From positions 184,934,312 to 184,998,311 of the forward strand of contig CM097886.1 of NCBI GenBank assembly GCA_044892525.1: 64,000 nt of DNA, read 5' to 3'. Positions 36,170 to 48,500 of the stretch are shown here, piece after piece; the stretch's first letter is position 1; every line of letters starts with the position of its first letter. The stretch comes from Schmidtea polychroa (Eukaryota). Below the pieces are notes generated by a model. That model made no database searches. It was not told the origin of the DNA and saw only the letters and a list, made by a program, of their open reading frames with translations. The position numbers and the translations under genes are program-made.

Positions 36170-36885
36170 TTGATACAAGGTCTGATATAAGGTGGGTATA
36201 AGGGTTGATAGAAGGGCGGGTGTGGATGTGTGGATATAAAGACGTGTATAAGGATGGATATAAGGTAGGATATAAGGGTGATATAAGGGTTGATATAAGG
36301 TGTAATATAAGGTCAAATGTGGGGATATAAGGATGGATATAAGGACGGGTATAAGGGTGGATATAAGGGTTGATAGAAAGGCGGGTATAATTGTGGATGT
36401 GTGGATATAAAGGCGGGTATAAGGGTGGATATAAGGAGTAATTTAAGGTTAGATGTGGGGATATAGGGGTGGATATAAGGTTTAATATAATGTCAACTGT
36501 GGGGATATAAGGATGGATATAAGGACGGGTATAAGGGTGGATATAAGGGTTGATAGAAAGGCGGGTATAATTGTGGATGTGTGGATATAAAGGCGGGTAT
36601 AAGGGTGGATATAAGGAGTAATTTAAGGTTAGATGTGGGGATATAGGGGTGGATATGAGGTAGGATATAAGGGTGATATAAGGGTTGATATAAGGTTTAA
36701 TATAATGTCAAATGTGGGGATATAAGGATGGATATAAGGACGGGTGTAATAAGGTGTAATATAAGGATATATAAGGTGTAATATAAGGTCAGCTGTGGGG
36801 ATATAAGGATGGATAAAAGGACAGGTATAAGGGTGGATATAAGGAATAGTATAAGGTCAGATGTGGGGATATATTGGTGGATATA
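36170..36885. repeat. GGATATAAGG(GT) minisatellite upstream of gene copy 3, with a 180-bp higher-order duplication
   Basis: Lines starting at 36361 and 36541 are identical (period 180). Confidence 0.9.
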
Positions 36886-37469
36886 ATTTTTTATGAGACG
36901 ATCTATGAGAGCATGATGAAGAAATTGAGAAATAATTATTATCTTTCTCGGGATGAAGAATTCTTACAGAAAGAACAATGTTGTAGCAAAAGATTAACAC
37001 GAAAATACGTTATTTACCTTATAATACAGGCGGAATAAATTAATAAATTTTTGTGAATAGGTCAATAGCTCACCGCAATATTTTTCTATATTCAATTTCA
37101 AAACATTCAAAATAACCTCAATAAAAGAAAAGAGTCAATCTAAGAAAAATTGGCTAGAAGACCCATGATCATGTTTTGAGTAGAATTGTAGTGACAATTG
37201 AAAGGTGGTGCAGAATTATACAAGGTCTATGGTAGAGAACTATGTCAAATCGTTTTAGTCCACTCAACATATTTTCAAGAAAATCGGATATCTATGAAAC
37301 ACAAATAATAACTAATTGACTATTTTGGTAGAAATATTCGAATATAGACTGATTTCTTTGATATTCATATTATCTAAATTAATTTTTAGAACGGAAGTTT
37401 GTTTTAATGTGTTAATTAAAATTTCAAAAATTTTGTATTGTATTATTTATAAAATGAAATGTGGTCCAC

Positions 37470-37528
37470 TTGCACCACCTTGCACCACCTTGCACCACCT
37501 TGCACCACCTTGAACCATCTTGCACCTC
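37470..37528. repeat. 10-bp tandem repeat TGCACCACCT, about 6 units
   Basis: Directly visible. Confidence 0.9.
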
Positions 37529-38143
37529 GCTGCCGCCGCCCATGTGTATTGGAGAAATTTAGTTTCATAAAAATGTTTTTATTACGACATCTAATTATTT
37601 ATAATTTTTCATCTTATTTAAACTATTCGGTTAGAATATTATGTAACGTCAAGCAGTAAGAATATATTTTACGAATGGTAATTTCAATTATCATCGCATT
37701 TTAGGATTAATTTAATACAGATTATTGAAGTAATGAAACAAGTAAATGATAAATCCAAACAGTAACGTAAGTGTGAAGGTCGAGAGAGTGGTCCATCTCG
37801 GGTGACCCTTTCGATCAACTGTAACAAAAAGGAAAAGGAAGAAATCTTGCCATACTGACCAAAAGACATCATCTCCCAGTGTTTATTTTATTTCTTATAA
37901 ATCGTTTAGAATTTTTGTCTAAATTGGCTCAAAATCACGATCCATTTTCTCTAATTTTTCGTTTATCTTGTGTGCTACTAATCTTGTGTGTGCAAAGTTT
38001 TTGAAATTGTGCAAATTGTTGTACACATGTGACATTTAATAAGCTAAAAATTATGTATTGGTTTACAATCCAAAGTAAATGACATGCACCCAGCAATGCA
38101 AGTCCAGCTCCATGTGTTAACTTATAATGAGAGATATATGCAA

Positions 38144-38850
38144 TAGGGTGGAGTGAAAAGTGAGGAAAAAAATCATTTTGAGAGTTTTTACTTGGAATAG
38201 CAATGAAAAGACGTGGAGTGTTGTCATCTAAAAGATATTAAAAGTTCAACTTGATAAGTTGATATCTTAGGCTCCCCCACGAGCGATGAAAATGACAATA
38301 TTTGAACATTTTTTACCGAAAATGTTTAATTATAATATACTGAAAAATAGTGATACAATTTGCTTCTATATTATCAGAAACATTTTTAGGCAGTTTTGGC
38401 ACAGTTTTAACATATATTGTCTCAATAAAAACACACACATTCAAATGAGTCGATATGACTGTCACATATTGAAGTCCCGTTTTGTGTCAAAAACGGGTAT
38501 TTTTGAGCTAGACTCCAGTCTTGTACGGATAAAACCGTCTCGTCGTGTCTCACCACACACAGACTGAGATGCCTCACTCACCACCTTGATGCACCTCTCC
38601 ACAGTCTGCGTGTAGCATGGGTATCTGTTGAATTTGACCACGGGCGTAGTTGGTTCACGTATGAACTGTCGGAGGTCATCGTTACTGATACTCATTGTGA
38701 CTGGTGGCTCGGTCACATTCACTGTCGACCAGTCAATCATTTCGGTGTAGTCTGTGCAGTCAAAGTTAATCGACGGCACTGTGAACTGCCGAACGCCCTT
38801 CCTCTTCGGCTGGTCTCGTGCTTTCAGAATTCTACGGAGGGCTATGCAAG
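38144..38850 (-). mobile_element. 3' fragment of a DNA transposon, probably hAT superfamily (hATm-like)
   Basis: ORF 38462-38866 has FTVPSINF...TEPP...YPCYTQTVERCIKVVSEAS...RDGFIR, a recalled transposase C-terminal signature. Terminus TAGGGTG at 38144. The other end is absent; subgroup assignment is from memory. Confidence 0.7.
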
Positions 38851-41800
38851 TGCTGCAGTTTATCAAATTTACAATCCTTCAGTAACTCTCTTATACTATA
38901 TTTAAAATTAATGATATTTAGATTTATTCTACATAATTTTAATTTATGGACTTACTCTAAGATGTAATATAACTGGCTTAGTTAAAAATAATAATAAATA
39001 TTTTCCCCTAAATATTTTAGTGCGCACTCTAAATTGTTTTGTAAATATTGCACAATTAAGATGAATTGGATAAAAGGCCTTGCGTTAAACTTTACAAAAA
39101 TGGCCTAACTTCAGTCGAGCGTAGTTTGTCCTGGTAAAAATTAATTAAGAATTACCAGCGATCTACTGTAAGTCAAAACCGTTTTTAATTCTTGGCTATT
39201 TTCTCTAATGAAAGCAAGGTAGCAAATTTCGGGAATCTTGATGTCATTAAGAATTTGCAATGAAAAAGTCTATAAAAATTATTTAAACTTTTTGTTCTTT
39301 TGGGCCCCTTGCAAGCCTATAACGGGGCATAAACTTCCAGATAGCAAGTATCATGATTTTGTTATTTTATTTATTTTATTACAAATCAGGTTGGTCTCAA
39401 TAAGGTATAGGTATTGAGAGGAGTGACAAACTCAGAGGCTGCACTTCCCCCCCCCCCATTTAATAAATATATTTATTATATAAAATTAAAATTTATTAAA
39501 TATTTATTGTAAATATTACCTCAATTAAAATGTTAATTATTTCATTGGGGAATCTGTAGAAGGAAATTTATATATTTATTAAAATTAATAAATATTTATT
39601 AATTGTATAAATATTTACATTGAGTCTCAAATTGATGTTGATTGAGTTGGAATGAGAGGAAATGGAGCTGGAAATATCTCCAGGAGAACAGTTCCGTGAT
39701 GGCAATGAAATCATTTTTCAAGAATAAATAATCCAATTAATTAAAACAAATTCAATCGTTTGTTTTATTGGATAGATTTGGCCGCCTTTCGGGAGGCTAG
39801 CTAGGTGAAATGAGAAATATTTTCTTTCAAGTAAAAAACTCATAAATTTACAATTTTTCATTGAATATTTTTTTATTATATTTGTAAGAAAGTTTTGTCG
39901 GTTTATTATTTAAATAAAAGAACTTTAAACAATCACTAAACTCTTTCTGGCGTCTTGGAGGGGGATTCTTGATTCAAGTAGCTTCTCCAAATGCTTATCA
40001 GAAAGAACACCATCAAGTTTAATTAGTAAAAGTAAGACCTTCTTAGTCAATGTCAAAGAGCTTCCATCGAACATGTCCATATGGATGTTACAATTCCACC
40101 TATAAGGATAAAAAAATAAAAACATACATTCTGATTGCAATTTATATTTTCCATAATTAATTATTCTTTTAAATACCCATCAAACAATAAAAAATATTTA
40201 AATAGAAATATTAAGCGATATCTGATATATCTAAAACGGTAAAAGGTGGTATTTTGTCTTCCAAATAAATATATGGAACTTTTTTTTCTCGAAAAAAAGT
40301 ATTTTTTTGACAGTCTAGGATTTTGATGAGATACCGTTACAATTCTGCCTGGGGTAATTTTCTGTAAGACTTAAGAAACATAAACATATTTTTATGATAA
40401 GTGTCTAGATATTGAAGAATNNNNNNNNNNNNNNNNNNNNNNNNNNNNNNNNNNNNNNNNNNNNNNNNNNNNNNNNNNNNNNNNNNNNNNNNNNNNNNNN
40501 NNNNNNNNNNNNNNNNNNNNNNNNNNNNNNNNNNNNNNNNNNNNNNNNNNNNNNNNNNNNNNNNNNNNNNNNNNNNNNNNNNNNNNNNNNNNNNNNNNNN
40601 NNNNNNNNNNNNNNNNNNNNNNNNNNNNNNNNNNNNNNNNNNNNNNNNNNNNNNNNNNNNNNNNNNNNNNNNNNNNNNNNNNNNNNNNNNNNACAATTGT
40701 ATATTTTGTGTTCCCATTCGTGAACTAACTATATAATCATTGATTTTTATCAAAGAAAGTAGCTGTTTATCAGTTGATCCGATCAACCCGTGTGAATGTT
40801 GATGATCTGAGAATCTCGAAATGGAATTCATGCGTAATCTAATCAAGAATGTCTAACATTATTGATTCAACAGAAAAAACTCCGAAAAAATTGGCTCCCC
40901 AAATACGACTTATTAATTAAGATGTACTAGAAAAGTCGCATCTGGCTAATTTTGAATGGCAGACCCAGCGTGACGGTTTTCGAAGCCAATTCGTTGAAGT
41001 GTTTTTAATTAAATCGATTCTTTTGCCGAGGATTTCCCAGTGAAAACAGAATTTTGAGATTTAATCAAATGTTTTTCTGCGATTTAAATATTGCCAAAAA
41101 CATATTATAGGCGAACATAGGCAAGCATTTGCTAAATAGTTTGCATAAATCAGGCTTACTCTAAAAAATTTCAAATTATTTTCGTTATGTCACAAGAAAT
41201 ACTTTAAAATAATGGCATTCGTTTTACAATATATATCTTTAATGGGAAGAAATTACAAGGGTTATTAGGGTTGTCAAGGTTGATGGCTGTAATAATAGTG
41301 ACGACTAGAAATGACTTGATAGCAAAATTGTCTGTTTATATATGGTAAATTTTAGGGAAATGGTTGATAGAGCTAGAAAAATAAAGATTGAGAATAGAAT
41401 TGAAAGTGTTTGCTATTTGATAAACCATACTGTAGGTTAACATACATTTATAATCCCTATAGAAATTGATGTCGCCAGTCAATTCTTTATCATATTTATT
41501 GTTGACAAATGGACCCAACAACTTCTTTGTCAATTAAAGTCCTCTGTAATTTAAGGGAATCACAATTTGTCGGATATTTCATTCCCACAGTCAATTGTAA
41601 AACCGAAAGAAGATAGGTGAAAGACACTTAATGATAAGAATATCAAAATTTGACATTTTAAAAATGTTAAATTAAATCAAAGAAATATTTTAGTCAAATA
41701 TTTTATATTCTTTTCGCCTGTAATTTGTTTTTGTTTCCTTTATTTTTATTTATTTTGTGAGAAAATAAAAAAATTGGTTAAAAATAGAAAAAGAAAAGAA

Positions 41801-42589
41801 AATGAATAAATTAGAAATCAAATAGATTAAATGGTTAATGTTTCAATAACGAACAATTTATTAAAATAAATACTACAAAAGTGAAATATTGTTTAATTTG
41901 CAGATAAAGTGGTAGGCGGTTTAGGAGGCCTTATAAATTATATATAATGACGAATGCAAATATATAATGACGAATGCAAAACTACAACTTACCGAGATTA
42001 ATTCTTAATAAACACAATAATTTATTTTTATGCCTTTTTACAATATCAAATTATTCTTTTTATTATTAAAGAATTTTGAAAAATAATAAAATATAGTTTG
42101 AATTATTATTTTCCATGATAAATGCAAAGGGGTAAAGATTCCTAAATTTGGAAACACTTAAAAGTTTCACATATAAGTGTAATAACAGATTCTAATAAAA
42201 TGTAAAAAATAGAAATAATGAAATCAAATTTTTAGAGAATTGTAATTAAATTTTGAATGAATTCTTGTTGACTCCGGTAACATTGTTTTTTTAACTAAAT
42301 TTTAATTAATTTTGCATTTCATTTAAATAAATATTTACACTTTTAAGCGATTAGAACATTATAAGAGCTTTCAAGTTTATAATTATTAATTCTGATATTA
42401 AAAATTTTTGTTATGAATTATATTTTGTTTTAATAATCAATATGAATGTTTCTATAGAAATGCGTAATTAAATTATTTGAATTTCTATATTTGTATTTTT
42501 AGAAAACTTTCATTTATAAAAGGTTTCTTTCTCTTAGAATATAAAATAAAGACTTAAATTATACTAATTATTTTAAAAGTCAAATTAAA

Positions 42590-45500
42590 ATGTCAGAAGT
42601 ATTAAATTTTTATTTACAAAAATATGGTTTAATTGAAAAGCAAACGGAAAACATAAAAATTGATGCAAATGAAAAAGCCAAGTAATTTAATGTTGAGTTT
42701 AATTTTCAACACTTAAATCAAACTAGAGAAAGATGGAATTTATTGCGTAAAAGTATTTGTAGTGTTTCGGATATTATTGAAAAACAAGATTTAATCGACA
42801 TAAAATTATCTCATGGAATCGAGTTTGTGAGGAGAATAAATCACATAAATCCGATTGAACAAGTGCGATTTTGAATAAATATGTATATGAGATTATATAT
42901 CAACTAATACAGGCGGATTTTATTCCTTCTATTGACTCATATCTAACTCTTGATGGCTGTTCAGTGAGGCAATTCGATTCAAATGGTCGGTGTAAAAATT
43001 TCATGCCATATTCAGGCATTCCAGTGAAATTCAAGCGATTGCAATATGCAAATTGTAGTGACAGATATATCGCTTGGACCCCAGATGAAACTGAATTGGC
43101 AATGCTCAATTCATCATTTGATGTAAGCTAAATTCATTTGAGCTCTCTTGCAATATTCTGATAAATTTATCGGTATATATTTCAGGGTGAGTTGCAGCTT
43201 AGAATTGTAATTGGGGGATGTCATTATTTGATATATTTCCAATGGGGGTCACTGCCCCCCCCCCCCCTCTGGGAATCGGGCGCGTTTGGTCATTCATTTC
43301 TCATGCTAGTCATGTGGATATCATTGATAGTGCTCAATTAGGTTTATAATGGGGATTTATTGTGGCTTTATACTTCATTTGCCTTATATTTACCCTTGTA
43401 CCCTATATGGGGGTCACTGCCCCCCCCCTGGGAATCGGGCGCGTTTGGTCATTCATTTCTCATGCTAGTCATGTGGATATCATTGATAATGCTCAATTAG
43501 GTTTATAATGGGGATTTATTGTGGCTTTATACTTCATTTGCCTTATATTTACCCTTGTACCCTATATGGGGGTCACTGCCCCCCCCCTGGGAATCGGGCG
43601 CGTTTGGTCATTCATTTATCATGCTAATCATGTGGATATCATTGATAATGCTCAATTAGGTTTATAATGGGGATTTATTGTGGCTTTATACTTCATTTGC
43701 CTTATATTTACCCTTGTACCCTATATGGGGGTCACTGCCCCCCCCATGGGAATCGGACGCGTTTGGTCATTCATTTCTCATGCTAGTCATATGGATATCA
43801 TTGATAATGCTCAATTAGGTTTATAATGGGGATTTATTGTGGCTTTATACTTCATTTGCCTTATATTTACCCTTGTACCCTATATGGGGGTCACTGCCCC
43901 CCCCCATAGGAATCGGGCGCGTTTGGTCATTCATTTCTCATGCTAGTCATGTGGATATCATTGATAATGCTCAATTAGGTTTATAATGGGGATTTATTGT
44001 GGCTTTATACTTCATTTGCCTTATATTTACCCTTGTACCCTATATGGGGGTCACTGCCCCCCCCATGGGAATCGGACGCGTTTGGTCATTCATTTCTCAT
44101 GCTAGTCATATGGATATCATTGATAATGCTCAATTAGGTTTATATTGGGGATTTATTGTGGCTTTATACTTCATTTGCCTTATATTTACCCTTGTACCCT
44201 ATATGGGGGTCACTGCCCCCCCCCTGGGAATCGGGCGCGTTTGGTCATTCATTTCTCATGCTAGTCATGTGGATATCATTGATAATGCTCAATTAGGTTT
44301 ATAATGGGGATTTATTGTGGCTTTATACTTCATTTGCCTTATATTTACCCTTGTACCCTATATGGGGGTCACTGCCCCCCCCCCTGGGAATCGGGCGCGT
44401 TTGGTCATTCATTTCTCATGCTAGTCATGTGGATATCATTGATAATGCTCAATTAGGTTTATAATGGGGATTTATTGTGGCTTTATACTTCATTTGCCTT
44501 ATATTTACCCTTGTACCCTATATGGGGGTCACTGCCCCCCCCCTGAGAATCGGGCGCGTTTGGTCATTCATTTCTCATGCTAGTCATGTGGATATCATTG
44601 ATAATGCTCAATTAGGTTTATATTGGGCATTTATTGTGGCTTTATACTTATTTGCCTTATATGTAGCCCAGCTCCCAATATAAGACCAAGCCCCCCCCCC
44701 TCAACTTTAGACACGTGTTATTATTCATTCATGTTATCAAGTCATATAGAAACCAAAGATAATAGTGTTATTTGCTTATATTAACAATTTCTATGGCACA
44801 CAAAGCGTGTTTCTCCTCATTTAGCGTTGTTCCCTTTATGGGTGTCACCCTCCCCTCATGGAATTTGTAATGGGTTTTTGTTCAGTTTTGTTGCCAAATA
44901 ATGTGTGAGGTTCATAATGAGAATTTATTGTGGTTTCATACTTCTTTTCCCTTATAATTTTAGATTTTAGCCTTGTTCCCAATATGAGACCAAGCGTCCC
45001 CCCGCAAAAATTAGACACGTTTTTTATTTCATTTATCTTGCTAAATCATATTGATATCATTTATTATGTTTGATTAGGTCTATAATGATGATTTATTGTT
45101 GCTTTATACTTCATTTTCTCTTTATTTACCCTTGTTCCCTTTATGGAAGTCACCGTCCCCTCATGGAATTTGGAATGGGTTTTTCTTCAGTTATGTTGCC
45201 AAAACATGTGATTTATTAATAATCAGGCTTATAATGAGGATTTATTGCGGTTGGATTTAACTTCCCTTATATTTAGCCATGTTCCCAATATGATTACCAA
45301 GGGTCCCCCTCCAGTATAATTTATAATTTATAATTTAACGAACAATCATATGAATAGTATTATTAATAATGTAATAAGATTTGCTTAAAAATTTATTATA
45401 ATTCAAATGATGTCTGTTATATTATATGTTCCTAATATATTTGTGGATGTTATGAACTCGTTATGTTATTATGTATAGAAATATGATGAGCCCGATAGAG

Positions 45501-48500
45501 TCACCGATAAAAAAATTGTGTTGGGACTATCGGGGTGTATGCTATGTCACCACAAATAAAATAATAATAATAATAATAAAACCAGAATATAAAATTAACT
45601 AACAAGTTATTAATTCAACCTTTATTAAAAAGAAATATAAGACCTTAATTATCCTGGTTATAGGACTGTAAACTTAGTTATTTCCTTAGTAATTAGGAAG
45701 GTTGTCCTCGACTATACTCTTGAGTTGTATTTAGAAGCCTGGGGATTCTACTACTAGATCGTTTATTTGTATATTTTAAACTGTCACTTGAATAGTTTGT
45801 TTTCTTTGAAGAATTCTCTTACGATCGACACTTGTATCTTTGATTGTATATTTGATTTTCGTTTACTTGTGTATCTGAAACTAGTACTTGAATAGTCTGT
45901 TTTCTTTGAAGAATTCTTTTATCTTCTTTTAATTAATTTTCTTCGTTAATTACAGTCCTTTGCGATTCTTAAGATTTGAAGTCTTAAATAGCTTTTTAAT
46001 TTCCTATCGATTTTTTTTTCCTTTTACTATAGTAAATTATCGCTATATAGTTTTTTTGAAAATCTGGATTTCCCAGATGGTGACAGTTTATATTTTGGTA
46101 TTCACAATTACTAATTGTGAACACTAAAATACATACAAAAATAACAGTACATTACAATGTCGTTCCTTATAATTTACTGATTTCCCCATATGGTACCAAG
46201 GCCCCCCCCCGCCTGTTCTACAATTTAGCCGAAATTTTTATATTTGAAATCAATTATGGAGCTATATCATGCTAAAGTTTTTAATAAAAAGACATATTAA
46301 GCTCAAAATGGATTCTAGATACCTCATTTTCCTATATATTTTTACTTGTTCCCAATGTGACAGTTTCACCCCCCCCCATTCCCAGTATTAATTTTTTTAT
46401 TCATTTACGTTCCCAAATCATTAGGCTTAGACTGGGATTTATTGTGACACAAAGGTTTATATCTATATAATGCCGGTTACTCAAGTAACGGGTTCACTGT
46501 CACCCCCCCCCCCCTCCCACACCTACCTCCAATATTTTCAAACAAATTTACTGGCCAAATCATGAATTTGAACATTATTATTAATGATAAAAATATATTA
46601 AACAGTGATTTATTGTGGATTTTGCTTGTTGCCATCATGGAGGGCTCATTGACCCTCCCGGAGTATTTGGTGCATATTTCTATATTTTTATTTATCCATG
46701 CAACAATATCATATGAAAGCTTCCCCGATTGTAATAGGTAATAACATTCAGATAGTCGAAGTCATCGACAAAGCACTTATTGAGGGACCCATCAAGGAAC
46801 TGCTGTACAATGAAGACAGAAATGAGATAATCTCATCTCACTGCAATCGGTTGCTAATTTGGCAATTCAGATATGCTAATAAGCATCTCATTCCGCGGTT
46901 GTCTGTAAATATAAACCATAAAGACCAATTTGCTATGATATTCTCTATTGAAAGAACTCAGCGGGAAAACCAGTGCCTATTTCTAGCGAATGACAATGGT
47001 GTGACAGTTGTGGAGCTATCTACAGGTGTGGTCACGGGTAATCATTTATCCCTCCATGACCGACCTATTAGCGCCTTGACATTTTTCAATCCATTGAAAC
47101 TGTTATCAACAGGATGTAGAGATGGATCTATAAAGGTTTGGTCGTTCGCAAACGGTAAAATCCATCTGAAAATGGTATTTGTTGGTCACACGAGTGTTGT
47201 TAGTTGCTTAGCTTTCTTTCCCGGTGGTTCTCAAGCCACTATTGCTTCATGTGGTAGTGATAAAACACTTAGAGTTTGGTCTTTGGAATTGGATGACGAG
47301 GTTGAATGTTTGGATTTGGAATACGCTTCGAAATACATTGGATCAGACATCACAAGGACATCGTTCTTTACTTTGAGTACAACTTTCATTGACATTTGGC
47401 ATCAGAATCATTTGTCCGATGATTTACTCAGCTTGACTTCTCCGGTTTCTAAAATGTCTAATACTGATTCCAATAAATGTCTAGTTCAATGTCGAAACAA
47501 TCTTCTGTTTTATTTAGAATCTTCTCCTAGTTCTCGGATTATTACAAAAACGGTTATCACAAAGTTTGACAGTTCTACTCAAAATCCAAAAGTGCGTTCA
47601 ACGATTCATTTGGAAAATCAAAGCCTCCTTTTGATATTAATACAAGTAGGATTAATATTGTAATTTACTGAGAAGCCCTCAATGATCCTCCCCTAATTTG
47701 ATTGCGCTATTTAATATATAACATACCAAATAATGCGAAACTTGAAAAGAAATTTAACTTAATATTTTACTTATAATTTGTCAGCAACTAATATTGTATA
47801 AAATCTATTATTTCAATTTAATATTATTAATCATTATTAATAATTATTAATCATTAACATTATTAATCATTATTAATCATTAACATTATTAATCATTTCT
47901 AAAATTTGAATTCTACAAATACTTAAAAATATTAGACATTATTTTCTGATAATTTTTACCACGGTGCAACATCATAGCTTCTTTATGCCAGGACGTTTTT
48001 ATTCTACCCTGTAGATTTAGTTATCATTATTGTTTACCGGTAACATGTTATAGAAATTGCCCTTGGGTGCCTCAGTATCTCACATGATTTTTATAAATCG
48101 GGTTTTGTTTGTACCAGTTGGAGCAATAGTTGTTCATGTCTTTTAGTTACTTAAAGTTATTGTTTTACCAGATCATTTAAGCATAACTTTTTAATGCAAT
48201 ATTTGATATTATTTTAAAGGCCTTGAAAAGGTGAATCGAACTACACTATAAAAATTAAAAACTGGAAGGCTGTGCTCAAGAAAAAAGTAGCTCAGTGGAA
48301 TTTTGTACCCTGGTGGATCAGCAGCCTGTTACTAGCAATCGCAGGCTGTCAGAGGAGTTTTGCCATTCTCAAAGCATTAATGTTCGTCTTCTGCAGAACA
48401 TTGGTTTTGTAAATAAAAAATACACGTCGAGTTCCCCACGATCTGACAAATATTCAAACCAGCCTCTTTGTAACGAATTACTCGATAACCCAAAAGACAG

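Larger units (their letters stand above)
32610..36885. repeat. Large inverted repeat: left arm about 32610-33826, right arm about 35176-36885, AT-rich spacer about 1.35 kb
   Basis: 32874-33780 is the near-perfect reverse complement of 35215-36140; ORF pairs 33032+/35793- and 33541-/35281+ are mirrored. No TSD at the outer ends. Confidence 0.93.

Noticed and set aside
36050-36316. 88-aa Tyr/Pro/His-rich ORF
   Set aside because: Its N-terminal half is a translation of the GGATATAAGG minisatellite; only the last 20 codons belong to the gene model.
43242-44680. CRISPR-like appearance of regular repeats
   Set aside because: Units are contiguous with no unique spacers, there are no cas genes, and the context is a eukaryotic intron.
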